64,000 nt of DNA from Octopus sinensis (lineage: Eukaryota). A program made the position numbers and the translations under genes. This document shows, piece by piece, positions 36,735 through 49,385 of the stretch. The notes beneath the pieces are model-generated. The model was not told where the DNA came from. It searched no databases and saw nothing but the letters and a program-made list of their open reading frames with translations. The DNA lies in contig NC_042999.1 in NCBI RefSeq assembly GCF_006345805.1, positions 108,562,001-108,626,000 of the forward strand, read 5' to 3'. How positions within the stretch are numbered: the stretch's first letter is position 1; each line of letters opens with the position of its first letter.

Positions 36735-36975
36735 TTCTGTATCCTTTGTGGTTATGCTGGGGCATAAATAGCAAACAGTATAAACATAGACACACAAACA
36801 CATACACACACAAATGTGGTGTGCCAGTGCACAATTTCCATCTCTCAAATTTCTTCCTCCAAAGTATAGAGCAGTCCAAGACTACAGTAGAAACACTTGC
36901 CGGAGATACCATATAGTGAGATCAAACCCAGAAGTATGATGTGAAGCTAACTTCTTTAAGAGAGAGCCATACCAC
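36735..36975 (-). mobile_element. SINE A, decayed
   Basis: gactacagtagaaacacttgcc..gataccatatagtgagatcaaaccc. Confidence 0.65.
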
Positions 36976-37119
36976 TGTGTGTGTGGGGGGGGGGGGGATT
37001 TTATAAGAAAGAAATTGTATATTGTTAAGATGAGCTTGGTATATCTCTCGTGAGTGTTTTATTTGGATTAGTTGATTTGTACTAGTGTAGCACTAACTTC
37101 TACTGTTCATGATGCAATA

Positions 37120-37520
37120 GGACAATGCAAAAGACGTGGAATGGACTGATCTAATTAATCTGGGATCTCACTTTTCACATGACCCTTGCAATCCAAACTT
37201 GACTGACATCTTGACTGATGATGAGGACCTAGTCTACGAGAAGTCATTGGTTAGACCCAGGATGTATCCATTCTTTTTTTGTATTTGTCATCCATCTGGA
37301 AGTCTGTGCAGGTTAAGAGTGTTTCTCAGAACACATGGTCAACGGAAGTAGCTCATTTTTTGTAATTGTCTCAGACTCTTCTATATGCCTTATACCTTCC
37401 CTACTTTTTTAGTCATTTCCAGCTGTTGGTTTGAAATCACCTACTACCATAAGCTTTTCATTTGTACGGGTGGACTTCAAAATAGAATCAAGATTCTCAT
37501 TAGGCAGACTGACATGAATA
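37120..37520 (-). mobile_element. RTE (BovB-like) apurinic endonuclease remnant
   Basis: LDSILKSTRTNEKLMVVGDFK..GND*...EWIHPGSNQ*LLVD*VLIISQDVSQVWIARVM matches the APE pattern GDFNARVG...W.HP.S..W.L.DY......RVM. Confidence 0.72.
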
Positions 37521-38239
37521 TCCACAAATAAACTGTCAGTTAAATGGTACTTATGACTGACCAGAAACTTTATGAATTTGTTAAAGATATCAACAATATT
37601 ATATCTTTGTACATTTTGAAACACTTTAATATCTTTATTTTTATTTTCAATCAATAAGCATAGAATGGCAGATACCATCTTCACTTTCAGAATTCTATTG
37701 AAATTGAAGTCTATAGATTTCTTTGTTTCCTTTTTACCCAGTGTTTTTACTTTTATACTTTATGTGTTACCTATTAATATGAAATGTTCAAATATGCTAT
37801 TATTTTCCTAACAACCTAATTTATTTCAAATTAAACTTTTACTCCAAAGTTTAAGTTCATGTGCTCATAGGAACTGATAAAATAACAATCAGCTATTTTC
37901 AAATATTTCAGCTTTTTATCATTTCTAGCATTTTATGTTTTGTTTATGTTATTTTTTCTTTTTTGATGAAAGAAAATGTTCAATAGTAATCTTTCTCTCA
38001 GGATACAATTATAACATCTGTGTTTTGCTATCTTAGCATTTTTCATCATTCTCATTAATCTAGTATCTGTTTGTATGAGAATATGTCTGCATAACAATAC
38101 CCTACTATTTTATACCATACTTTGATAATTCCTGCATCAAATATTACTTCCTTTTTCGGCTTTGTCTGCATTATATATATATATTTTTAATAATAATTTC
38201 CAGTAGATTAATACAGATTCTGTGTGATATACTGTAGAT

Positions 38240-38636
38240 GCAGGCTTTGTTAAGAGATTTCCTTCCCCACCACATGGTTTGGGGCTCAGTTCCATTGTAT
38301 GGTGCCCTAGGTAAGTGTCTTCTACTTTAGGCCAACCAAAGCTTTTGGGAGGTTTTCATTGACAGAAACTGAAAAAAACCCCGAGTTTGTGTGTGCTTGT
38401 ATATCCTTGTTTTCACATTGTGATAGTTGAAAATAAGCATTACCATCATACAAATAGTGTTTTTTCCTTCTAATTTTCTTTGAAGAAAACATATCTGGCT
38501 AAGGATAAATACTGCTTTGCTTGTAAACAGGAAAGGTTGGTGACAGGATGAGCATCTGTCCATAAAGAATCTGCCTCAATAGATTCTGTTACCCATGCAA
38601 ACAGAAAAAAGAGAACATTAAATTGATGATAATGAC
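38240..38636 (+). mobile_element. SINE A2 (A head + RTE-type tail)
   Basis: A head, then ggttggtgacaggatgagcatc...acccatgcaaac...aacattaaattgatgataatgac. Confidence 0.75.
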
Positions 38637-39442
38637 AACAGTGTTTTACAAAGCTTCTGCTAAGTTGTTACCTCTTTTAGGTACCATGTAACAGTACATC
38701 ATTATTATTGAGAAGTGTAGCTGCATCATTACTGATACACTTGGATTTAAATGTTAGTATGCAAATTTGTTAGATGAGCAATCTGAGTGAGGTAATCAGA
38801 GCCAATTCAAGGACCACCTATAAAGTTATTACCATATTTTCTAGCATACAAGTCAATGTGGTATATAGTGTTAACATTCAAGCATTGTCATTATGATTCC
38901 TAATCCTGCTGCATTTCACATGGGAATTTTTGGTCCTTCAAAGACATCTTGGTGTATAAGTTGACCAACCCATTTTGGTTTTAAATTTTAGTCTGAAAAA
39001 TTTGACCCGTATGCCAGAAAATACAGTATTGGAAACAGTAGATACTTCAAAGAAAATGCCTTGCAGCATGTATCACCATATGTCCTGAGTTAAAAATCTA
39101 CCAAAGTTGATTTTGACTTTCATCCTTCTGGGGCTTGGCAAAATAACTGCCAGTCAAATACAGGGGTTGATTTCATTCACTGTTCCTTTTCCTCTCAAAA
39201 TGTGTAGTCATGTACTTATGATAGAAATTATGATTATTACTATAAAGCACAATTTTTGCAATGTGTTTGCTTATCTAATTATATTAGGTGGACTTGTCTC
39301 CGTTGAAACTTGATATCCAGCTGTTATAATGACTTGAAGATAGTATTGAAATATATACTTGATGTACTACTCTGTCCTATGTTCCAATTCTGCTAAAGAT
39401 ACCTTAGATGTTTAAGTTTCTGGCATTCATAGTCATCCTAAT

Positions 39443-42060
39443 CATCATCATCATCACCACTACTATCCTCATCATCATCATCATCATTATCATCTTCATT
39501 ATTATTTCACATTAGTTTCTTCTCGTGCTTGCATGCATTGGACAGATCTTCTCTAGCACAGAGTTTTGCCACTTGTAGTGGTGCTTTCCTGAAGTTCTGT
39601 CTCCTGAGATTATTTTTTTATCACTTCATCCCATATCATATTCATCTTCTTTTTATCATAAGTCCATTGCACTTAGAATACTTCAACCTTCATTTTCAAT
39701 AACATACCTACCAGCTCACTCTTCTCTTTTGCACACAACATCTGATTCCGCTTACATCCTTCTTTTCTTCTCAGCAAATTAGTGCTCTGTTATTCATGCA
39801 TACTCAGTTTCATTTCATTTCTTTCCAGCCTTCACACACCCTCTGCATTCAATGCCCATTTTTCACTTTTGCATTTTACTACATTGGCATCACATGATTT
39901 GCCCTTCCAAAAAAGACAATCCCTTTGTTGCTAGCAGCGGTAGTAGTTCTTTGAACTTTTTCCATTCTTTGCAAGCATCTACCTTCACTGCTAAGTAGGT
40001 TACATAGGTAGAAGCTATCTGGAGCTTTTAGGGAGCCCTCCTGAGCATTTGAATAATTTATTTCCTGGGTACACTTATTTGTAACTACTCCTGTGTATCT
40101 TATTTCTTTACTGCCCACAAGGGGCTAAACATAGTGGGGACAAACAAGGACAGACAAAGGGATTAAGTCGATTACATCGACCCCAGTGCTCAACTGGTAC
40201 TTTATTTATCGACCCTGAAAGGATGAAAGGCAATGTCGACCTCGGCAGAATTTGAACTCAGAACGTAAAGACAGACGAAATACCGCTAAGCATTTCGCCT
40301 GGCGTGCTAACAATTCTGCCAGTTCACTGCCTTAATACTCCTGTGTATCTGCTATGTGCAAAGTATTTTACCATTAGTCTCCCTGTAATTACACTGTACC
40401 ACTTGCACACCCACATATTACAATATGTACAGCTTGCAGAATTGCTACTTTCATTTTCTTTGCATATTGAACAGACCCACTTCCCAGATGAGAGTAGAAT
40501 CCGATCTTCTTTCCTGCTAACCTAGATTTACTTAAAGAGCTTCTGATTTTAAGCTTTTATTTCATGCTTGAATTCAACTGTGAGAAACTAGGTATCAACA
40601 CCACAGTTCCCATGGAGTGTCATACATAAACTCCTCCATTATGACATAGAGAACTATAATAAACAAAAAGAGGTGAGAATTGAACCCTGACTAACACCTA
40701 CCTAAATGATAAATTACTTGCTTATTTCATTGCTAACTCTCATTTTTCTGACAGCATCTCTGTACAAGGCTTGCGCTGTTCTCATATTCATTTACATCTA
40801 ATTTTTTTGGTGACTATCAGACTAGAGCATGTGATTTTCTATCAGAGACCATCTCCACATTATCAAATGTTTGGTTTAGTAGTTTACTCTTAGCTAAGAA
40901 CCACTATAGCTGTCTCATCAGAAGAAGAGCATTGGTAGTGCTCTTTTTGTTGTAAACCTAAACTACATCTCATCTAATTTTACACCCAAATTGTATTATA
41001 ACTCGATTAATTTCATTATTTACTCCATCAGTTTGAAGTCTCTGTAATTCTTTTTTAGAGCATCTCCTTTGCCCTTGTAGTACAAGTAAGGGTTATTCCC
41101 TATGCTTTGGATTTCTCTGCCTTTATATCCTTAATGGGCTCCCCACTGTTAGGCATACTTGTGTTAGTACCTAACTACCATTCTCCTCATTCAACAACTC
41201 CTTCTCGTTTTGCTGTCTCCATATCTCCTCCTTTTTGATGTCAGTGAGTGTACCACTATCATTATGTCATTATGTAATACTTTTCTAGAATGATATCTCA
41301 ATTCATACTGAAAACGCTTCTTTGCAAATCAGAAAACTTCTAGATTGCAATGAAATTATCATTATGTCACAGAACCTTAGCAAACTTCTTACTAAGTATT
41401 TAATTTCTTGTTAAATATACCTGAAACCCATGATATGTGATATTATCCCTTGTTCCTTTCTTTCATTATTTCTAAGCATGTCTCAGCTATTATGAATTCA
41501 CCTACTGTACCATCCACCCACCATATCAACTTTTAATCTGGCTGGAACCTTGTTCCCTCCAGAGATCTGGTCGGTGATTCAAGGCAGACTGTCTTGCAGA
41601 AACTTCGAGCTGTTTCCTATGATAAAACCAGTAACTTCCTATTTCTCAGTAACTCTTCCTATGTGTCACCTATACTTCTTTGAATTTATATCTTACTAAG
41701 GAATCTTTCGTTGAGTTCTTACTCTAGTGTCATTGATCAATAGACTATACTGAGTGGCTATGTTAAGAAAAAAGAAACAACTTAGTGTTCACAACAATCT
41801 ATGTGTATTATTTCTTGGTGGGTATGAAATTAGATCTTTCTAGCACATTCATCTGCGTGGTAGGTAATCTTGCACATGAACAGTTTCCGGAGGATAATAT
41901 TGCAGAGGGTTGAGTCAGTTGTGTTCCAAAACTCTTGACATCCAGTGACACAATTAATTTCCTTTCATTCCATGTACCATAACCATAGCCTCCATACATG
42001 TCAGAATAGCACCATAGTTTTACCTAACACATCTATTAAAGTCACCAACAAGTTTGTTGT
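39443..42060 (-). mobile_element. RTE-clade LINE copy 3: old, ~2.6 kb, endonuclease to tail, interrupted by SINE B
   Basis: Decayed translations: VGDFN...YGGYGYGTWNE (APE, ~41960-42050), YKGKGDAL (41057-41080), VGVSQGSIL (~40680), SGKWVCSICKENESSNSASCTYCNMWV (PHD, ~40400-40480), PLLATKGL (~39920), (CAT)n tail. Confidence 0.8.
40101..40335 (-). mobile_element. Young SINE B2 with perfect 15-bp TSD
   Basis: tactcctgtgtatct at 40086-40100 and 40336-40350; CpGs retained. Confidence 0.96.
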
Positions 42061-42559
42061 TGTCTACATGGGGGTCTCATAGAAAGGGTCCATTTGCTCA
42101 TCTCTCAGTCCTGATTGTCATGGATATGTACAGGTTATTGTTGCTGCTCATCATTCTCAAGACTTTGGTGAAAAACATTGGAAAAAATCCCTATTCAACT
42201 TATGTGGGCCATCTGATCCAAAACTCTGTTTTCCAGAAACTACCCCCTCCCATCCCTTCCAAAAATTTTGCCTACAAATTTCTTTATACTTGTAATCTAC
42301 ACCATTTGAAAGGTATTTGTATAAAATTTTAATAAAAAATACCTATTTTCCAGAAAGTTATGAGGGGAAAATGTTGGGTCCTGTGAATTTTTCGAAACTC
42401 CTTTCGGAAAAGGCTTTCCAATAAATCTTTGTATACACTCAACCTACAGGATATAAGCGATCATTTGGTGAAGGTTTCCTTAAAAAGTATCCATTTTTCT
42501 GGAAGTTATGAGGCAACAAAGTCGGTGAGGTATTAAACTGTAGTTATGTTTTTATTCAA

Positions 42560-42694
42560 TAAAAGTTAACATTAATGGATTTATGTTAACTTCCATTACA
42601 TTTTCAAAGAATTAACGATTAACGAAGTTAACTTTTTGGTTAACAGATTGACAATTAATGAAGTTAACTTTTCGATTAACAGTGCCCACCTCAG
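42560..42694 (-). mobile_element. Probable hAT-type terminal fragment with repeated GTTAAC motifs
   Basis: Ends ttaacagtgcccacctcag (approximately CAGAGGTGGGC end); aagttaacttt..ttaac repeated; partner end not found. Confidence 0.45.
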
Positions 42695-42930
42695 GTCATA
42701 TGCTTCTACCTGATCACATCCATGACTATGCACATGGTAATGTTTGATCTGTATATAATTATGATTCTTCTTTGATTTGACAACCTTGTTTTGGGCACGT
42801 GTTTTACAGATGGCTACTTTTACTATCACAAGCTACTTTACAGCATGAAATGAGTGCATTTTATCATGCCACTCACAGAGGAGAGCCTATCTGACAAAAC
42901 TAAGGTATTTGTTTCTTTTACACCATGTTA

Positions 42931-42964
42931 AATTTTTTCTCAGTTACTACTCTCTTAGGTGAGT
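42931..42964 (+). other. Candidate 15-nt micro-exon (42944-42958) or recursive splice site
   Basis: ttttttctcAG|TTACTACTCTCTTAG|GTGAGT. Confidence 0.4.
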
Positions 42965-45264
42965 TGACTTCACTCCAGCTTATGAAGTCCACTTCTCCCC
43001 AATTCAGTATTTTATTTGGAGCTATTGTTCTCCCTGAGTTATTGCCATACTGATTATCTTTTGGTTTTGCTATTTATTTCACCCTCTTACACTGACATGC
43101 TGGTAACCTTAAGCTGATTTCTTTTTTCCTTTACTATTAAACATCTATAAATTTTAATTACTTTTGCTAAATTATTTATTAGTTTTATTCAAAATGTTCT
43201 TAGTTATTTTGATTAACTACAGTTCATTAGTGTTATGTATGTATACAAGACATCAAATTCTCTGATACACTATTAATAAACCAAACTATCCATGAAATGC
43301 ACTGGTTAGAATGAAATTTGATTTATAGTTTGTAATTTATTTCATAACTCATGTTATATATTTGTTAAATTTCCTCTAAATAATTAAACGATATGAAACA
43401 AAAACAATTTTTATTCAATTTATCTTTAGTCATGTTTATATGATTTTCGCTTTATACCACTATTATTCTTCTCTTAAATATATAAAACTCTTAATTATAT
43501 AACTAAATATTCTATACAACTGGTGTATTTTGACTAGATTTTGTTTAAATTTTGAAGTTATTTTTAAATTTCATAATTAAAACTGTTAATGACTTATATT
43601 TATTTACTGTAGCTATTTAGCATGTATTTGCTAGTGAGAGATTATTTATATCCCCAAATTTTCTAATTACCAGATTTTTATGAAGTTTTAATTTGTACCA
43701 GTAGGTTCTAAAGTTATGAAATAATCCAATCTCACCATCAAAGTTAACTAACTTCATTTCAGATTAACCTTTTCAACTTGTCAGATTTATGTGAAAGCAG
43801 TTCACTTCTGTTTCTCCTCGAAAATATGTTAGTTGTGAGAAATAAGAAATGCTTTCATTGTCTCTAAAAAGTGATTATTAAGATCTGTTAAGAAAACAAT
43901 TTAGATGTGAAGTTTATTTTTGCAACATTTCTTCGACAAATAATTTGAAGATTTTAATTATTAATATCATTACAAGATAGTATGCAAGGTGAAAGAATGA
44001 TTGGGAATATTATTTAGAAGTGGACACATAAGAGATTAGCGATCAGAGAATTTTGGGCTTTTTGTGATGTGATGATGCAATGTTGTAATGCAAGAAGACA
44101 TTTTAATTTGTGGAGCCATTCAGCCTATGTTATCAGAAGAAGGATACATTTGATAACGTCCTAAATACACAATGTCAACAAAAACTGGATGTTAACAAAG
44201 TAACATAGACGTGCTGTGCTGTATCAAGTTTTTTAAGACTAAAAAATAACAAGGTAAAATTAGATTAAATAGGGGTCAAGGTTGATGATATCAGCAAGTC
44301 AAACCTGATTGAACTTAAAACATGAACAATATGTAATCTCTGATTACCTTAATATAACAAAAGAGAAGCTAATGAATACATGGTAATCTTCAACAAAATG
44401 AGCCTATGTCAGTTAATTCTTCTGTTGCTTCATTATTTGCACAAAATGACACATAAAAAAAAAGTTGGTTTCTTTTTCCCTTTTTTTTTTAATTATCATT
44501 AATAATATTATTATTGAAAGCCAGGTCCACATAACTGATTCTAAAAATGAGAACAGTTTCTTTTTGTTGAAAGCACATGATGACATAAAACCTACAAAAG
44601 AGACAATAGATAAGGCTTTTATATATATATTTGACATATCCTGTTTTAAATAAACATCGACTAATATTTCAATACACACAACCCCATAGTAAGTAGGTAA
44701 GAAGTAAATTATAAGTGTTGTCAAAAAGCACTTATGTGCATGAGATGAGTAGAGGGAAGGAAGAGGTGGGGAGGCAGTTACTGATTTGTTGATAAAATAT
44801 TTTTGTGTATATTTTCACTTGAAAATAACTAGCTAATAAAATAGGGGCTTATTCAAATATTAGGTATTATATCACATTTGTACTGAAATAATATATTACT
44901 AGAAACAGGAGGAAAAACAACATAGAATTCATTAAGCTCTGTATGTGAGTGTGTGTGTGTGTGTGTGTGAGAGAGATAGATAGAGAGAGAGTAGGGTTGG
45001 AGTGAAGTTCATATAGATAGTATACATAATCCAATTGTATTTGGGAATTTAGGAAAAAAATTGTTATAGACTGAAAAAAAACTGGAGCAAAATGGACTGT
45101 CTCTTTGACTGTGTCTATTCTGTGTAGACATATGTGTTTACTGAAGATATGTTTATTATGAATAGCATTAAACAAGGAATGTGACTCAATTCCTAGTTTG
45201 ACATATGGAATTTTATTGTATTTTATTTTGTTTTCTTAATGAAGATATTTCATATATATATATA

Positions 45265-45600
45265 TATTTACCACATAGTTCTGTGTTCAATCCTGTTGTG
45301 CAATTACTGTCTACTTATCTTGTGAATGAAAATTGGTAGATGCAGAAGGCCATTGTATATTCATTCATTTGTACATTCATTTATCATTCAATTTTTCTTC
45401 ATACTAGTATGGGATTGGATAGAAAGTTATTTGAAGTTGGATTTTATGGCAGGATGTTCTTCTTGTTATCAGTCCTTATCTATTTTTTTTTCAAGCAAGG
45501 GACTTATCTATCCCACAGATCTTTGGAAAAGCACAAAGCAACTGGTCATAATGTTAAAAAGGAATGCCAACATCAGTACTGCATTACTCAAGCAATGATA
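45265..45600. mobile_element. Decayed SINE A head (+) abutting an A2-type tail (-)
   Basis: ccacatagttctgtgttcaatcc...ttgtgaatgaaaattggtaga; then gattttatggcaggatgttcttcttgttatcagtc. Confidence 0.5.
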
Positions 45601-45918
45601 AATGTGGAATATAAACAATCATACATTTTCCTTTTTGACTAAACCTCTGTTTTTCTAACTAGTTATTTTCATTTAAAAATACATGCAAAAATTGTATCTT
45701 GGCTCATTACACCATAGTAATAACAAACACACATGCCAGTTCAATTTCACTTCTTTATTATAATAAGTCAATTGCCTAGTAATTTAACCAATTGTTTGTT
45801 TAATCAGTTGGTTAAACAATCATGTTTTTCCAACAGATTAAGCAAATGACCAATTGGTTGGTTACATACCTAGCCACTTGATTAACAATAAAGAAGTGAA
45901 ATTGAGCCATTGTGTGTG

Positions 45919-47834
45919 TGTGCCAAGCAGAAGCACCACTGATGCTATATTTCTGGTATTTCTGGAGAAATCTCTAGCCAAAGATAAACCTCTGTACTTG
46001 GCTTTTGTTGACTTGGAGAAAGCCTTTAACAGAGTTCCCTAATCCTTTATCTGGTGGTCAATGTGGAAACTGGGGATAGACAAGTGGTTGTTAAGAGCTG
46101 TAAAAGCCCTGTTCAGAGATGCTGCGAGTAAAGTGAGGGTTGCCAACGAGTATAGTGAAGAATTCTGAGTAGAAGTAGGGACTCACCAAGGATCAGTCCT
46201 CCACCAATTCTTATTCATTATAGTCCTCCAGGCAATAACAGAGGGATTCAAGACAGGCTGCCCCTGGGGGCTCCTCTACACTGATGACCTTGCTCTAATA
46301 GCTGAGTTACTGACAGAACTAGAGACAAATTTGAGGGTGTGGAAACAAGGTCTAGAATCGAAGTACCTTAGAGTTAACCTTGCAAAAACCAAAGTCTTAG
46401 TAAGTAGGAAGGCTGTCAAAACACAAGCCCCTTCAGGTAGATGGCCCTGCCTGATCTGTAGAGAAGGTGTGGGTACTCCATACAATGTACCTGGTGTAAG
46501 CTATGAATACATAAAAGGGGCAGCAATATCAAAGGAAGAAGGTTAACCGGGAAGATAGTCTTTGTGTGTGGCAGATGCACAGGGACAACAAACACTGAAG
46601 ATGTACAGCAAACAGATTCCATCACATGCCAGGGTGAAAAAGTAGAAATAATTAATAGCTTCTGCTATCTAAGCGACCAAGTCTGTAGTGGGGGTGATTG
46701 CTCTGAGAGTGTAGCAGTTAGAATAAGAATAGCCTGGGCAAAGTTCAGGGAGCTCCTACCTCTGCTGGCAACTAAAGGCCTCTTGCTCAGGATGAAAGGT
46801 AGCCTGTATGATGCATGTGTGTGAACTGCCATGCTACATGGCAGTGAAACATGGACCATGACTGCTGAGGACATATGTAGGCTTGAAAGAAAGGAAGCTA
46901 GTATGATCCGCTGGATGTGTAATGTCAGTGTGCATACAAGACAAAGTGTAAGCATCCTTAGAGAAAAGTTGGACATAAGAAGCATCAAAAATGGTGTGCA
47001 AGAGAGACAACTGCCCAGGTATGATCATGTGTCATGTATGGATGATGACAGCTGTGTGAAGAAGTGCCACTCCCTAACTGTGGGAGGAACATGTGGAAGT
47101 GGTAGACCGAGGAAGACATGGGACAAGGTGACAAAGCATAACCTTCGAACAGTGGGCCCCACAGAGGCAATGACAGGAGACCGAGACCTTTGGCGATATA
47201 CTGTGATTGAGAAGACCTGGCAACTAAAGAGAGATCACAGCCATGCATGTCCAGCCCAGTTAAGAGTACCCCTGATGCATCAGGCAATATGATATACTTG
47301 AGAAAACCAATACCATAGTTGTGGCCAGGACCACCTGACTGGCTCCCATGATGGTGGCACATAAAAAGCACCATCCAAACATGGCTGATGCCAGTACCCC
47401 TGACTGGTTCCCGTGCTGGTGGTACATAAAAAGCACTATCCAAATGTGATCAATGCCAAGACCACCTGGCTGGTTCCCATGCCAGTGAATCATAAAAAGC
47501 ACCATCCAAACATGGCTCATGCCAGTACCTGCTGACTGGCTCCTGTGCCGATGGCACGTAAAAAGCACCATCTAAACATGGCCCCCATGTCAGTGGCACA
47601 TAAAAAGCACTATCTGAACATGATTGATGCCAGGCCCACCTGACTGGCTCCTGTGCCAGTGGCACATAAAAAGCATCCACTACACTCTCTGAGTGGTTGG
47701 TATTAGGAAGGGCATCCAGCTGTAGAAACCTTGCCAGATCAGGTTGGAGCCTGGTGCAGCTGCTGGCTCTCCAGACCTCAGTCAAACAGTCCAATCTATG
47801 CCAGCATGGAAAACAGACGTTAAACAATGATGAT
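45919..47834 (+). mobile_element. RTE-clade LINE copy 2: RT domain, PHD insert, ORF2 C-terminus, 3' UTR minisatellite, (GAT) tail
   Basis: PSRSTTDAIF...AFVDLEKAFNRVP, HQGS, LLYTDDL, LRVNLAKTKV, FCYLSD, LHGSETW, GRPRKTW; in-frame stops and frameshifts, so inactive. Confidence 0.95.
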
Positions 47835-47909
47835 ATAAGTCGACATCAAGAATCTTTCAAACTAAATACATAAACAAACCATCCAAAATATTTTATCAAC
47901 AAATTAGCT

Positions 47910-48095
47910 TCATATGTGTGTTTGTGTCCCTTTCTGTATCTGTATGCTATTTATGTTGTCTCTCTCCATGATCTATAACTTAGCAAGTCCACAAATAGTT
48001 ATGGATCTCATAAGTTCTGGTATGATTGACTGAAACACCTTAAGGTAGTATCCTAGCATGGCCACAGTCCAGTGACTGGAACTCATAAAGAATAT
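47910..48095 (+). mobile_element. SINE A1 3' half
   Basis: cctagcatggccacagtccagtgactggaac. Confidence 0.6.
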
Positions 48096-48150
48096 AAATT
48101 AATATTAAGAAGACACTCCCAGCTTGGCAAAACAAGTTCTGGAAGCACAA

Positions 48151-48182
<32 letters not shown>

Positions 48183-48463
48183 CACACAACTGCCCTTACC
48201 TACTCAATTTCCTCCTAAAGATTTTCTTGCTACCTGTCATCTTTCTAACTACAGTGTTCTGCTGCCACAAATAAATGTGAGAATACTTCACCAGTTTTTC
48301 TCTGATAGTATCTGTTCTTCTTTTACCAGCATTATTTCACTTGTTATCCATCCTTCTTCTATACTCACTTATTTAGATTGATCACCTTCAACCACATGTT
48401 ATCCTTCTCCCTCATTCATATCCTTCTCTTATCTGCGATACCTTTATTATTATTCTGCTGCTC

Positions 48464-48679
48464 AAGGTGGTGAGCTGGCAGAATTGTTAGCGCACTGGAC
48501 AACATACTTAGCGGTGTTTTGTCTGTCTTTACGTTCTGAGTTCAGATTCTGCCAAGGTCGACTTTGCCTTTCATCCTTTCAGGGTTGATAAATTAAGTAC
48601 CATTTGCATACTGGGGTCGATCTGATCGACTGGCCCCCTCCCCCAAAATTTCGAGCCTTGTGCCTAGAGTAGAAAAGAA
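48464..48679 (+). mobile_element. SINE B (tail B3) with 13-bp TSD
   Basis: tattctgctgctc at 48451-48463 and 48680-48692. Confidence 0.95.
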
Positions 48680-49351
48680 TATTCTGCTGCTCTTCACCCC
48701 TCCTTTTCTGCACTGTCTCATACTCTCTTCTCAAGCTCATATGTATCATTGGTCACTTTCCACCCTTTATCTACTACTCATTTCATGCACACCTCAACCC
48801 TAGCCATTTTGTACAGTTGTCACCTACTCTTCCCTGTCTTTCCTCCTTTAACACTTTTTCTTCATTATATTCACTCACTAACACTTTCCTCTTCTCTGAC
48901 TAGCTCCCACATAGAAAATGGACATTAGATGATGACAGTGATGATAACAATGACTTCACAGTGATTGTTTGCAGTTTCAGTACTTTAGGGAATTTACTAT
49001 TAATAATTTTTTTGTTTTTTTGTTGGTTTTTATTAGCAAAGTTATATTGCGTAGATTTATAATGGAGAAGAAAGCAGACCTATTGATGTCCATATCTTTT
49101 TTGCTTTGTTTTTTCACCAAAGAGATTATCAGTAATTTTAAACTCACAAGGATTACACTAATGTTTGTTGATTTATCTCTTGAATTTATAATTGTATGTG
49201 TATTACATTTAGTCATTAAGTTTATATATTTTTATGTATGTTTATTCTTTGTTATTCTATTTTTATGTATGCTTCTTCTATACTGTTATTTAAAGATTTT
49301 CCTATCAAGAGCATAATAACTGAAGAAATAAGATTTAATTTATTATTAAAA

Positions 49352-49385
49352 GCTTTTTTTCTTTTCTTTTATTTCTTAGGTAAGT
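49352..49385 (+). other. Candidate recursive-splicing ratchet point (zero-length exon)
   Basis: gctttttttcttttcttttatttcttAG|GTAAGT: uninterrupted pyrimidine tract, YAG and consensus donor, outside any recognised repeat. Confidence 0.55.

Noticed and set aside
47330-47680. CRISPR-like look (constant anchor plus variable spacers)
   Set aside because: The spacers are homologous to each other, the array is inside a LINE UTR, the DNA is eukaryotic and there are no cas genes.
48969-49316. 115-aa hydrophobic ORF
   Set aside because: F/L/I-rich composition is expected from T-rich DNA; no motif and no splice structure.
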